64,000 bases of DNA from assembly GCA_964016885.1 (NCBI GenBank), contig OZ024745.1, forward strand, positions 83,142,001-83,206,000, read 5' to 3'. Positions 37,959 to 51,694 of this stretch are shown piece after piece; the stretch's first letter is position 1; each line of letters opens with the position of its first letter. The stretch comes from Eledone cirrhosa (taxonomy: Eukaryota). A program made the position numbers and the translations under genes. The notes under the pieces are model-generated. The model saw only the letters and a list, made by a program, of their open reading frames with translations. It made no database searches and was not told the DNA's origin.

Positions 37959-38948
37959 ATAGTCAATAAAGAAAATGGTTACAAACAACAGCCAAATAAT
38001 TTCAACACCAGCCCCACTACCGCCACCCCCACTATCACCACTACCTCAACAAATTTAGCCAAGTACAAACCAACGGCTGCAACAACACCATCACTTCCCA
38101 TCACCACTGCATCATCGCTACCATCACTATTCCCTCACTACCTCCTGTTAAGAGAGGGATGGTAGTAGTGCCATTACACATGACTAGAAGCGAGGAAGGC
38201 ATCAAAATATATAAATAGACTGGGTTAGTGACCCGATCAAACAGCTAACATAAACACGATGTATCTCTAAACTCTGTCAAAATGTTTAGTTTAAATGATG
38301 TCAAATCTAAACTATAATATAATAATAATAATTGTTTCTACATTTGGCACAAGGCCAGCAAATATCCAATGAATTACTGGTACTTTATTTTATCGACCCC
38401 GTAAGGATGAAAGGCAAAGTTAACCTCGACGGGATTTGAACTCAGAATGGCAAAGGCCGTAACTCAATGCGTCAAATCATGGCGTCCGACCCTCTAAAGA
38501 TACTGCCAATCCACAATAATAATAATTGTTTCTAGTTTAGGCACAAGGCCAGGAATTACCCAGTATATTACTGGTACTTTATTTTATCGACCCCAATAAT
38601 AATTGTTTCTACTTTTAGGCACAAGGCCAGCAATTACCCAGTGTATTACTAGTACTTTATTTTATCGACCCCGTAAGGATGAAAGGCAAAGTCAACCTCG
38701 GCGGGATTTGAACTCAGATCGTAAAGGGACGTAACTATGCTGGAAAGCATGGCGTCCGACCCTCTACCGATACTGCCAATCCATCGATTCCAATAATAAT
38801 GATAAGCAACAACAGTTGTTGGGCAAAAAGTATGAAGTCCTGAAAAACAGAGTTAACATCGCGCGAAGAATCCTTGGGAGGCGTGAGGATCAAGAGAGGT
38901 ATCTTCCAGGGAGATAGTTTGTCCCCTCTGTTGTTTGTCCTTGCCCTG
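37957..38948. repeat. Near-identical inverted duplication of 34650-35641
   Basis: Leader piece, three SINE pieces and Dong-A piece all mirrored. Confidence 0.9.
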
Positions 38949-39672
38949 TCAAGCAGTCATTTAACATGGTTGTCACTTTCGGGTGGAGGGATGTTATATT
39001 TTTAATCCAATACCCCTGCACACCATCTGGGCCTGGTGATTTCCAGTTGGTTAGTTTTTTGGCCTGCCCCTTAAGAGTTTTAACTGTGATACTCAAATCA
39101 GTTTGTTGGGGTGCCTGTTCACTAATCTCCTTCTGTACTGTCTCAATCCACACTGCCTGGTCATTATGTTTAACATCCTGCTCCTATATTCCTCTCCAGA
39201 ATGTTTTAGTTTGTTCCGCCTCAGGGATCAAGTCGTTGCCTCTTTCTTTCCCTTCAAGCTGTCCAAACAGCATCTTCTGGTTGTTGTCGAACATGCGGTT
39301 CTGTCTATACTGGCTGACTCTGTTCTCGTATCGCCTGATTTTGCACTCTTTGCTACAATGCGTTGCTTCAGTTCCTCTATGATAATATTTAGCTTTTTCC
39401 TCCTAGTTTTGTACTTTATTTCCAGTCTATTTTTAGTGTCTATGTTTTTTAGTGTCCCATTCAGTAGGGACTCATGCTTTCCAATGTCATTTCCCATTTC
39501 CCTGATTTGACCACTCAGTCATTTCTTCCACCAAGGCTCTGCTCTTTCTGGTCTGTTGTTTCCTCTCGCTTTTATACCAAGTAGTTTCCTCACCGTATTT
39601 GCTGTTGCTTTGAGGATATTGTTGCACTGGTGAAGGCTCCTCGCCTCAAGGTATGGGATGACTTTGTTTACC

Positions 39673-39673
<1 letters not shown>
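38949..39673 (-). mobile_element. Dong-A internal fragment
   Basis: Matches ~24412-25138. Confidence 0.87.
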
Positions 39674-39704
<31 letters not shown>

Positions 39705-41289
39705 GAAAATATTCAGGACCCCCACGGCTGAGCTCCGGCCGTTTTGACAGCTGTCGGCGTTCAGAATCTTTTCATATTACCCACTCTACTAAGTATCAAG
39801 TACTTTGTTGAGTAATGGTATAGCTGGTTTTTACTACATCCTATCTCATATAAATACATATGTACATACATACACACACGAGCGCGCGCGCGCACACACA
39901 CAAACACACACACATACATACACACACACACACATATACACACACACATATATATATATATGGCGTACGGGTTTGTAAATATGTAATAATATTAGAAATC
40001 TATACACTTTGTTTCCAGGGCTTCCTAAATCTGAAGCTTAGTAAATCTCGAAAGTAAAAATGGAAACAACAAACAAATATATTAGTTTAACGCTTGATAT
40101 AGTAGGAAAAGAGTATTTATGTTTCGGATGCTAGTCTTACATTAGAAGATAGAATGAGTAATACACAAATGAAAGAGAAAGATAGAGCTTGAGAAGAGGA
40201 AGGAACGGAATAAATTGTATTTGGAAACAATGACTTTATTTCATTCATATATAGGAAACATGAATCATTTTCTTTTATAAACCTGGATTAAATTATTGTA
40301 ATTTTCGTAAGAAATTATTCATAAAGCGTACATTTCCACCCCTTCCCTACTGAAGAAATTCAGTTTCTATCAAAAACGTAAGTTTAATTCTATTCTGGAT
40401 ATTACAACTTGAAACTCACTGACACCTACTGCTAAATATATTCAGATTCAAGGACCTATTGAAACATGGAAACTCCCCAAAAATCATTAATTGAAAAAAA
40501 GATATGACCTCATAATGGATCATTAAATGTTTTCCTCAATATTTCTTATAGCGCATCGCACCCGATTTCAAGAATAAGAGAAAAGAGCTTTCCAATTTTA
40601 GCTGGTACTTTAGTGAGACTAAAACAACGGACGACAAATTTGACCTGTGAATCATGTTAACATAGCGAGCAGAGTGCGGGAACAAGTGAAACAAGTTATC
40701 CTATGTGAGGCTCTAACAACTCTGCCAATTCACCTCTTTCAGTTTTGCGGAGCAGAACATCTATATTAAATAAGTTATTGACGAAAGTAGCACTTTTAAA
40801 ACTAATTTATTATTTGTCTAATTAATTTCAGAAAATGTTCTTTTTCTCAAATTAAAATATTAAAATTTCATTTTTTACATAAAATATGTACAATTTTCTT
40901 GGTATAAACATAATTTATAGAATGGTAATTTCAAAGAAATGCAGATGCTGACAAATCAGTAATAAATATTACAAGGTGAACGTTAGAATATTTAGCACAC
41001 TTTTTAAAAAAAGTGGCTATTATGATCTAAAGTGATTTTAACTGCTAGTAATAAATGCAAATTTCCCTGAAACAATATCTTAAAGTCTTAAAGGAATCCT
41101 AAATAAAGTGTGTCTGGAAAACAACACCTTGGATCAGAACTCTCACTTAACTTAGAAATGGTATCAAACCACCACATAGAAAGAATTGTTTTACATTTTG
41201 TATTGTTTATATTTCGAATTGTTTTACATATGTCAAATTGGTTGTCAACACTACTGACCTATAATTAGAAAAAAAGAAAATGATTTTCA

Positions 41290-41673
41290 GTTCCCGACGT
41301 CTAGGAGTGTTGCCAAAGGTAGAGCCGCTGCTTCTCCAAATTGAGAGATCGCAACTCCTATACTATGGACATGAAGTCAGAATGTCTCAGGAAAGAATTG
41401 CTGGACAGATTTTACGGGCGAAACCAACTGACAGAAGACGGATGTATAGATACCGAAAAAATGGTTGGATAACATCAATGAGCGGGACTGGTCCCGTTTG
41501 AAGATTCAGGCGGATCAGTTGGAGACAGTTGCTTCTGACAAGACCCTCATAAAGGCGTGCCTGAGGACTCAGTCCACATGACCCTCTAAGAAATGAGAAG
41601 AAGAAGAAGAAGAAGAAGAAGAAGAAGAAGAAGAAGAAGAAGAAGAAGAAGAAGAAGAAGAAGAAGAAGAAGA
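41290..41673 (+). mobile_element. RTE-type LINE 3' fragment with (GAA)n tail
   Basis: VEPLLLQIERSQLLYYGHEVRM peptide; (GAA)n at 41596-41673. Confidence 0.72.
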
Positions 41674-41950
41674 ATACAGGTTAATAGTGGAACAATCATC
41701 ACTTTATTAGGCCATGTTGAAGTTGTTATTAAGTAGAAAAATTAAAGAAGAAACATTGCTCATGTATTTTCATCATTAATGTGAAACTTACTGAACTAAA
41801 AACGGAAATTGGTTGCATCGCAAATTATTGCTGTCTTGCCTAAAACGGCAACAAACAATTTCATGGTCAAACCAATTTCTTCAGAGGAGGAGATCTAGAA
41901 ATGTTAACGGATCTAGGAATGCATATCATGAAAATATAATGTTAAGGACC

Positions 41951-42040
<90 letters not shown>

Positions 42041-42176
42041 AAAAAAGATGAAATCGAAAATGCAACTGGAGTCTTTTTTTTTTAAATATATATATTTATT
42101 TGGTTCCTTTACCGGTTTCGCAGTTCTTCTGATTTTCAAAAGTAGAATTGAGATGGAGGGTTTGTCGTTTTTCTCA

Positions 42177-42214
<38 letters not shown>

Positions 42215-42396
42215 TGAAAAAAAAGAAAAAAAAAAAAAAATTATCCGGGAAAGACTGCCCTAACACCGGCCAGAGTTACCTCCCTTGACCTGCTGCAAAA
42301 TCAAAACAAGATATTTTTGCGAGCAATGAATCTTGATGTAGATTTAACCCCCAAAACTCTTTCCGAACTATATAAGGAACACTTGTGATTATTTAT

Positions 42397-42435
42397 GCCC
42401 TTGAGAGGCCCAACTGGGCGAAACGTACGTAGGTG
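42397..42435 (+). ncRNA. Decayed minimal hammerhead motif
   Basis: GCC-CUUGAGA-GGCCCA(AC)UGGGC-GAAA-CGUACG-UA-GGU. Confidence 0.55.
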
Positions 42436-42490
42436 ATATTTTAAATAAACATGTTTTAACGGTCTATTCTCCGATTTTTTACTTTCCCAC

Positions 42491-42535
<45 letters not shown>

Positions 42536-42783
42536 AGTATGCATGTATACGTACATACATATATGTATACAGACGTACAGTAGCATGCACATATATATAT
42601 ATATATACATATATATATACATATATATATACATATGCATACAGGTACACATACATATATGCACGTATCAGTTTAGCGGCGCTAACGTCGCTTTGTTCGT
42701 TTGTAAACAAACTGAACAGCCTGAATTTATGCCATACGGTGTTAAGGCAACCACGTCACCTTTTTGTTCAACACTGACACAGG

Positions 42784-42828
42784 AACGATGTACTAGTTTC
42801 AAGCTTGTTAGCTATCATCAGCACCGTT
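42784..42828 (-). ncRNA. Type I hammerhead ribozyme, intact
   Basis: AACGGUG-CUGAUGA-UAGCU(AACA)AGCUU-GAAA-CUAG-UA-CAUCGUU. Confidence 0.88.
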
Positions 42829-43249
42829 TACCCATCTGCCAGATAGTTGAACGTTCGAAAGTATATACTTTCCTTATGAAAATTAACGGCTGAGCAGCCT
42901 AATTTGCATATTGAGTGAGTTAAATCGGTCAGGCATACCGAAAACGATAAATTGAAACAAAATGAAAACGAAATTTCATTTCTCACTCTTAGTATGGCAC
43001 TTACTTAAATGTAAGTATGCATGTATACGTACATACATATATGTATACAGACGTACAGTAGCATGCACATATATATATATATATACATATATATATACAT
43101 ATGCATACAGGTACACATACATATATGCACGTATCAGTTTAGCGGCGCTAACGTCGCTTTGTTCGTTTGTAAACAAACTGAACAGCCTGAATTTATGCCA
43201 TACGGTGTTAAGGCAACCACGTCACCTTTTTGTTCAACACTGACACAGG

Positions 43250-43294
43250 AACGATGTACTAGTTTCAAGCTTGTTAGCTATCATCAGCACCGTT
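43250..43294 (-). ncRNA. Type I hammerhead ribozyme, intact
   Basis: Identical to 42784-42828. Confidence 0.88.
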
Positions 43295-43386
43295 TACCCA
43301 TCTGCCAGATAGTTGAACGTTCGAAAGTATATACTTTCCTTATGAAAATTAACGGCTGAGCAGCCTAATTTGCATATTGAGTGAGT

Positions 43387-43465
<79 letters not shown>

Positions 43466-43468
<3 letters not shown>

Positions 43469-44200
43469 TGGTAACACAACAGTTAGTTCACCATACCGAG
43501 AACAATTGTTTCACCTTAGCGGATCCTCAGCTCGTAATGGTCATGGTTATACGGAACAGGAAGGACAACCGTATGAACGCGCATGCGCAGAAACGGTCAC
43601 TTCACCAAGGCATTACAAAACTGCGGGCGAGAGGTGTAAGGGAGATAACTGCAGTCATCCACCAAACTCGCGAGCCACGTATGGTCCCTCAAGGACTCAA
43701 GTATAGATTACTCCATTCAATGGAAAGCCATCCCCAAGTTCAAGCTTTTTGCAAGGGACAATCCGTCTAGTGGACTATGTTTTGATGAACGGATAAATAT
43801 TCTAAAGAGATTACGCAATACCGATTGCCTAAACTCAAGAAATAAAATGTTCACAAGTTGTCCACATGTCTGGAAACACATCTTACATAACTACAAAGCT
43901 CCCGATTGAATAACAACAACATCCTAATTTTCTTATCAACTAGAACATTTCGAACTTTCGCAGGTATCTCCCTGACACCTCCTGCCCCCAGTTTTGTACT
44001 GCCTGGGTAAAGTGACCGTTTCTGCTCATGCGCGTTCATACGGTTGACCTTCCTGTTCCGTATAACTATGACCATTACGAGATGAGGATCAGCTAAGGTG
44101 AAACAATTATTCTCGGTATGGTGAACTAACTGTTGTGTTACCACTTCTACCTAACTCGTCACATGGAATGAGTGCTTCCACTACGGATATTACCTTCCAG
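43466..44200 (+). mobile_element. 5'-truncated PLE remnant (Hydra-clade-like EN C-terminus) with inverted pLTRs
   Basis: IR arms 43466-~43650 and ~43965-44146; peptide STKLASHVWSLKD...YSIQWK...GLCFDER...LNSRNKMFTSCPHVWK; HHRs at 43497-43534 (-) and 44078-44115 (+, decayed). Confidence 0.75.
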
Positions 44201-44239
44201 TGATATATATATATGTGTGTGTGTGTGTGTATATATAGA

Positions 44240-44485
44240 GGATGGCTCTGAACATTAATCAGTATACATGAAGAACTGTGAGGATGAAGAACTCACAGCT
44301 GTACGGGAGCCTCCCAAAAGTCAGCTCGAAAGTGACACAGAGGAGACTGCAGTTAGCTGGATATGCTCCCCGACATCCGGAGTTGACACTGCATTCAGTG
44401 CTCCTGTGGGAGTCCCTGCATGGACACACTGGAAGAGGAAGACCGAGGTTAACATATGTTGGTGCCATAAGGACAGACACTGGTC
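44240..44485 (+). pseudogene. RTE LINE fragment, same family as 16157
   Basis: [41 protein letters not shown]. Confidence 0.8.
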
Positions 44486-46431
44486 ATATCTCAAGTTATA
44501 ATTTAAACAAATAAGACCTGAGATAAAACATTTTTATCACTTTATTTAGCATCTTTCATAAATTTATGTACTGTGGCTTTCGCTTGATTGAATGGAAATA
44601 TCTACGAAAATAATATTTCCACCACAAAATAATATATATAAAATATGTCTATGATAGTTTCAGAAAAGCATATTTTCGAAATTATGATTAATGGAATATT
44701 AATATTTCATTTTGCAAATGAAAAATCTTTTCCTTAGTAAATATTTTCATGTATAAACGAATCCAGTTAATATATATTCGTTAACGATAAAGTAGCATCA
44801 TTATTCAATACATGGTAAAGGTAAATAATATGATGGAGAGCAGAAAATACATATGAGATTGATACATTTTCTAGGATGTATGAGGTTCTTTAGCATTTAT
44901 ATATAAGCGACAATTTACAAATAGGTAATGGCGTTTTAACATTATCTTCACCCAATATGTTAAACTAGAAATTCTTCTATTAACGTAATTGTTTCTTTGT
45001 ATTGATAAATTAGTCTTTCTCAACTTTATATTGTTGACTTGTTTACGAATTTTAAATAACAACTGAGTCGAAACATTAATACAGAATAATTGGAGAGTCG
45101 ATGCATATGTTAAAATATTGTCCATAAAACCTTTAAAGTCATGGTGATATTCAAACAATAAATAATAACGTGTTATAGAAAAAAAAATTATCACACATTT
45201 TTCTGTTAGCGAATGTAAATGGAATACAAAGACTTCAGTAACATACAAATAGTAGAAGCAAATATCCATAAACGAAGACGAATAGATTATTCCTAATCAT
45301 CTAGTAATAACATCTTAATCAATATATTGTATGCCGATAAACTAATACATTAGGAAAACATACAGCTTTAGAAAGCATAAGAAAATGATGATTGTTCAAG
45401 GATATAAAATATACATTGATGAAGTCTAATGATCAATCATCCGCCGATTTCGACAGGAAGTTTTCAATTATTCCATGAAAAGAACCACCTATTTGATACA
45501 TTAACGTGTATGTTAGGTTGATAAAATACGTAAACAGGCTGACCTGTTGATTAGCGAACGGTATCCAAACGGCGGACATCTTATGTATATGAGAATATTT
45601 TACAGATACGTGTATTGTACGATGACTCACTTGTTATATCAGTTTAATACAATGTGTGATCATGTTGGTCCCTTTCATTGAGGATAGAATTCATCCAACG
45701 ACTATCTGTACAGTTTCCTTCCTCGTTATTTCATTTCGAGACTTGTAGACATTCTAAATAAAGATTATCTATATTGGACATTGGGTGAATAGAGGCTATA
45801 TCTATCCATGGAACAATTATATCATGCATATTCCACTCACGTAACAAATAACGTTGGGCGAATCCATTCTTTATGAACTGATCATCTGCTGTGTCGGAAA
45901 CCTTCAAATTTTACTTCTTAACAGCAATTCTTGGAAAGGAAATAAAGAATAAATATTTAATGCGGGAACTTCACGAACAGTGGAGATCCTGTTACACACA
46001 AATTCATACAATAAGGGTCACTATTGGAGCGAAAATGAGATATAATATATTCTAAAATGTGAAGTTGACGAAATAATCTGATAGTTTAACATATGTTTAA
46101 ATAAGAAAAAAGAAACAAACAATAAACTAAAGTTTAGTTTATTGTTTGTTACTAAACGGAACCAATACATGACACGATAATAAATAATTCGTAAGCGTCA
46201 TGCACGGGGATGTCGCGCCGATTAGAGCTGTAGATAATATATCAGAAATATTCTGTAGAAATGTATTGTAGATATTAAAATCGTTGAATACATATCCAAT
46301 ACAATTATATTGGGCATCATGTATTTGCTATATACACATATTGATATACACATATTGACACACGAGCTCATATGCATATACATGTAATATGTTAATAAAT
46401 GTGATATGATGCAACACTGATTCCTCGTTCT

Positions 46432-46467
<36 letters not shown>

Positions 46468-46508
46468 CCATGTCACGAAGGGTGATACCCAGAAACATTA
46501 GTGTCTGC

Positions 46509-46510
<2 letters not shown>
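46468..46510 (+). ncRNA. Decayed HHR, same family as 51954
   Basis: ..CACGA-AGGGU(GAU)ACCCA-GAAA-CAUUAGUG-UC-UGCA between (TA)n tracts. Confidence 0.6.
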
Positions 46511-46551
<41 letters not shown>

Positions 46552-46583
46552 TACATACATATATATATCTATATATCTATAAT

Positions 46584-46654
<71 letters not shown>

Positions 46655-46846
46655 TTAAAACAATGAAATAAAAAATCAAGTCATTAGAAATATACGTCAC
46701 TGCTTTACGATCGTTTCTAGGTGATGATAAGACATCGTAATTATACTTCGATATCGATCTATGTAAGGTTAGTTACAAAATATCAGATAAAGAGAATATT
46801 TACTAACATGCATATCACCAGCTGTCTGTGTATATATATTCATATG

Positions 46847-46906
<60 letters not shown>

Positions 46907-47773
46907 ATATAGATGTATGTGTGTGTGTGTTGTACAATGAAAGCAAAAGAACATAAATGGTATGAAGAAAAACCTTGACCTGCGTATGACATTCTCGAAA
47001 GATATTTGGATGGGATTGGCCAAGATAAATGTTTCTATACGAGTGTAAAACTACAAGCCCATATAATAACATCATTATCAATGGTTTAACTGTTTCACCG
47101 GTATCTGATGAGGAATGTAAGGGATATTTAGTAATAATAAAAATATATACTATGATGGAATTTATAACAAGGAACGAGTAACTAGAGTATATAACGCCCT
47201 ACTCCACTGGCAAAAAAATATGCTGTTCAGAAAACTCTGTTCACAATAATTCATATGCACATATACACATATAACTAAAAATATAAGATCCACATATGCA
47301 ATAGCATCCATACCAACACACACACATACAAACATACATACATGCGTATTTACCTAGTATATGATGTCTAAATTATTTGTATGTTAGAAATGTTTTCTCT
47401 CTCTATTATTGAATGTGTATAAAGTTAGAAAATACAAAATTGTGTAGGTAAGAGTTGATACTCTAGGCTTTTAATCTTGCTTTGGTAAATTTATTCAGTA
47501 CTTTCATTGGTGTAAATTGCAATAAAGACCAATTTTATATCACCATATACTCGTCGTATATGGATATAAAGTATACGTTAATATGATTTCAAATACGAAA
47601 GCAAATAATAATAGGCGAAGATGTTATAAAGCTAAAAAATACGGGAATTTTTGTTTTACGTATATACAATTTTAGAAAAAAGTATGAAATGCTACTATGA
47701 ACGATTATGAATTCACGTGGAACAATGAATACATTGAGAAATAAGCCAAACACTTCTATCTATCTATCTATCT

Positions 47774-50700
47774 AAACATTGTATACAACAACAATTTAGT
47801 AAAATCCCAAGGGCCTAACTTCACCCAGGCAGGGGTTTCCCCCACCTCAAAATGAGTAAGGCCCCAGAGGACACTTATAAAACACTAAAAACAACTTTAA
47901 AGAGGACGTGGGTAACCCCCCCTGCGTCGGGCCCATTAACCGCGTCCTCCTAAAATACTTCCTCACCTCCTCCCCAAACACCCACACAACTCCAAACACA
48001 CCAACCACACAACACACTGATGCCCCTACACTTTCACAAACCACCACCCCACCCAACAACCCATCCTCCACCCTTATGGAAATTGTGCAGCCCGATACCC
48101 GGGACGCAGAGAGGTAAGTGCCTTTTCTCTTCACCACCAACATGGCTATGCTAAGAGTAGGCTGTCTAAACGCGCGTGACCTGGGCTCAACTTGGAAGCA
48201 AGCAATGCTTCTAAATGACTTCAGGTCACAACATATAGATGTGATGGTTATTTGCGAGGCCTGGATCAGCAACGTGCGACAGCTGGCCCCCACCTTTGAG
48301 ATGCACGCATCTCTCTGTCAGCCCGGAGGTGAGGGTGGGGTTGTCGTTATGCTGCAAAAACATCTGGGTCTCGCAACACAGACGGTGCTTTTGGACCCGG
48401 AGAGTCGACTAGTGGTTCTGGACCTTGGCAGTGGTAAAGGCGGAGCGTTTAGGCTGGTAGCCGTCTACGGCCCTTTCAGGTCAACGCGGCCGGACTTCTT
48501 CCATCGTCTGGAGACTTTTCTAGGGACGTCCCGCTCCTTGCTATTAGTGGGGGACTGGAATGGTATCCTAGATGCACGTTGGGACTACGTAGGGGCCTGT
48601 CCCAATAGAGAGGGGTGTAACAGCTTCAAAGGGTTAATAGGTCGATTTGACCTGGCCGATAGATATCGACTAGATTTTCCGACTGCGCCAACCTGGACTT
48701 GGGCAAACCTCAGCGGAGAATCTAGGTCGTACCTAGATAGGTTCTTAGTTAGAAATAAGGATAAGGACTTTTTAAGTTGTCCAAAAATGCTCATGGTTGG
48801 CTATTCAGACCACAAGTTAGTGACCTGCATAGTCAACCTTGACAGAACGCATAGACAGGGACCCGGTTACTGGAAGCTCAACTTGTCCTTACCGGCAAGT
48901 AAGGCTTACAGGGACCGGATTAACACTTTAGTTAAGGAGCGGTTGACGGGCGCCATCGTCAGCAGCTGGTGGTGGGGATCTCTCAAAAGAGAGATTAGAG
49001 TAGTCTCTATAGAATTTAGTAAGAAGTTAGCCTCAAATAGAAATAGGAAGGAAAGGGAGTTGGTAGATAGAATAGAAGAGGCAATTAGAAGCGGCGACGT
49101 GGCCAGAGTGCTAGCGTTGAGAACGGCCCTGGGCCAGTTCTTCGACGCGAAACACGAAGGCTGCATCGTCCGAAGCAAAATACGTGCTCTGGGAAACGAG
49201 GGGACCAAAGCTGTTAGCTGCGCCCGCGTGACAGAAGCCAAAATAAATAGATCCACTATCCGGTCTTTGCGAGACCAGGATGGACGGGTGATCCTTGAAC
49301 CTAAGCAGATGTGCGAGGCTTTTCAAAAGCACTTTGCCAGATTGTTCGGAAGAGGCGGGGAATCGGTTGGGCAAGTGGACTTCGGTCCATACCTCGACGG
49401 CCTGCCGCGTCTCTCGGACAGGGAGGCGAAGTCCTGCAAGGAGCCGATTTCGGCCGCTGAGATAGAGGACGTGCTGAGCCAATGCGGCAAACGCAAATCC
49501 CCGGGTCTTGATGGTCTTCCATGCGAACTATATCTAGCTATGTCGGACTTGTTCCCCGATCTCCTCGAGGCGGTCTACTGCAACTGGCAACAGAACGGGA
49601 GAATTCCCTGTGCTCTGACCAAGGGTGTAGTCACGCTACTGAGGAAGGACGAGAACAAGGGGGACGATATACATAATTTCAGGCACTAACTCTGCTAAAT
49701 ACAGAGTTAGAGATTCTGGCCAAGGTGCTAGCAAAGAGGTTGGCGCTTGTCGTGGGCAACCTGATGGGAGATGCGCAGACATGTGCTATTTCGTCCAGGT
49801 CCATCCACGACAGCCTCCACCTAATGCGATACATCATAGAGAGGGTTGGGAACGAACCCGGCTTTGGTGGGACCCTGATCAACTTGTATCAATTTAAGGC
49901 GTTCGATAGGGTCGACCATGGTTACATGGATGCGGTGCTAGCGGCGGCAGGCTTCGGACCCGTTTTCAGGGGCTGGATCACTGCCATGCACAGCAGCCGC
50001 AGCAGCTTTAGGGTCAAGGTGAACGGCTACCTCTCGGAGCCGTTCGAAATCGCGCGGTCCATCCGACAAGAGTGCCCTCTCTCCTCCCTTCTGTATGTAA
50101 TGACTCTAGAGCCACTGCTGCGGAATTTGGAGTTGTTGCAGGGCATCCCGTTGGAACCGGGATTGCGGAAAGCGGTGTCGGCCTACGCCGATGACGTAAC
50201 AGTAAGTGTCGACGGCCTCGGAAATCGAGGCGATCGGCACCTTACTGGAGGAGTACGAAAGGTTTACAGGGGCTAAGCTGAACCTGGACAAGTCAATCGG
50301 TCTGAAATTCGGCACGTGGAGGGGCAGATCGATGCCCTCCGATGGGAGGTGGCGAACACTTATATAGCGTCCGTCATCTACTACCGCATGACAGTCGTGC
50401 CTTGCCCAAGGGAAACGCTCGCCCAAATAGAGCGCGCACTCTTCTAATTCCTTTGGAAGAAGCGGCTCCTATGGTGAGGAGATCCATCTGCTGTCAACAC
50501 CCTTCGAAAGGAGGGCTGGGGATGCCGTGGCTAATGATACGTAAACACGCATTAAGGCTACGGCACCTCCAGGTATTCCTCACCGGTCAACCGGTGTGGG
50601 CCCCGTTTGTGAGGCGAGCCTTTCCCAGACTCATCTCGCTCACCGAGATGCAATCCTGGGTCAAGCAAAGACCGAGAAAACTGGGCGCCTGGCACACCGA

Positions 50701-51676
50701 CTGTGCCCAGGCGCTCACGGCTCTCTGGCAGGCGGACCCGGCTGTCAGTGGAGAATCCACCTCGTCATTCTATAGAGGGCTGGTGGTTAGCAGGTGCGAC
50801 GACGCCCTCGGAGAAGCCCTAGTCATGGAGGAAGACGAACTCGCCAACCTGTTCGGTAGGACATTCAGCCCGAGACCCATGGATAACTTCCAGAGATCCC
50901 TGGCCTGGCAGTGCTACCGAGTGGCTTTACCCGTTCGAGAAAGGCTCTACAGACACGGGCGCCCGGGTAGGGACCCATCGAAAAAGATCTGTCCCAGATG
51001 CGTGTGCGACGAGGAAACCGTTGCACACGCATCGGTACACTGCTCGGGCATTGCCGATCTGTGAGGCTATGTCGAACAACTGCTGTCAAGGGTGGGACCG
51101 ATCCGTTTGACCACTGAGTCTATTGTAACGAACAAGCCGCCTCCCCTCTTCAAAAACGAAGTAGAGGCGGTGTTTCTGTGCGTAATAGCCATGGCGAAAG
51201 AGGTTGTATGGTGGACGCGTCTGAAAGGACTCAGGTCAGACACCTTTCTATCTGGCCAACAACTGGTCCGTTTCTTCCAATATCATTTCGGAAGAAGGAT
51301 CAGGATGGAGAGAGAGGGGCTGCACCCCAGCCATTTTTATGAAAGATGGGTGAAAGTGGCGAGAATGGCCCGTGTGAATGGGCCTTCACTCTACATCAGA
51401 CTATAGGTGAGGAAGATGAAAGATCAAGGGAGCACCCCCTCTCTGTGCTCCTGAGGAGAAGGGTTGCACACTTTTTTTGGGGGGGGGGGGGCGACCCCCC
51501 AAGGCGCCTCCTCCCTATTGAGGATTTTGTTATTAAATTTATTTTTGTTATATTTTATATTTTATTTTTTATATCTTGTTATTGCCTCCTCCTTAGTGAG
51601 GACGCCTTTTTATGTAAACTCCCCCCATTGTACTGGTCTCACTTTTTGATGCCCTGGTGGCAAATAAAAAGAAAGT
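47774..51676 (+). mobile_element. L1/Tx1-type LINE, 5'-truncated, ORF2 frameshifted (APE + RT + Cys motif)
   Basis: CLNAR, GDWNG, SYLDRFLV, SDH; KAFDRVDH, RQECPLS, AYADD; CPRC...ETVAH...C; AATAAA near end; (TATC)n flanks. Confidence 0.9.
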
Positions 51677-51694
51677 TATCTATCTAGCTAGCTA

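Larger units (their letters stand above)
42530..43390 (-). mobile_element. RZ-A tandem dimer (466-bp HHR-to-HHR unit)
   Basis: Two near-identical units flanked by (TA)n. Confidence 0.9.

Noticed and set aside
44871-45760. 132-aa ORF and a possible minus-strand exon ending at a GTGAGT donor (45630)
   Set aside because: AT-rich with no recognisable motif; the candidate exon has stops in all three frames.
47085-47125. CTGATGAG and GTTTC words close together
   Set aside because: They are on opposite strands for an HHR, and no stems assemble.
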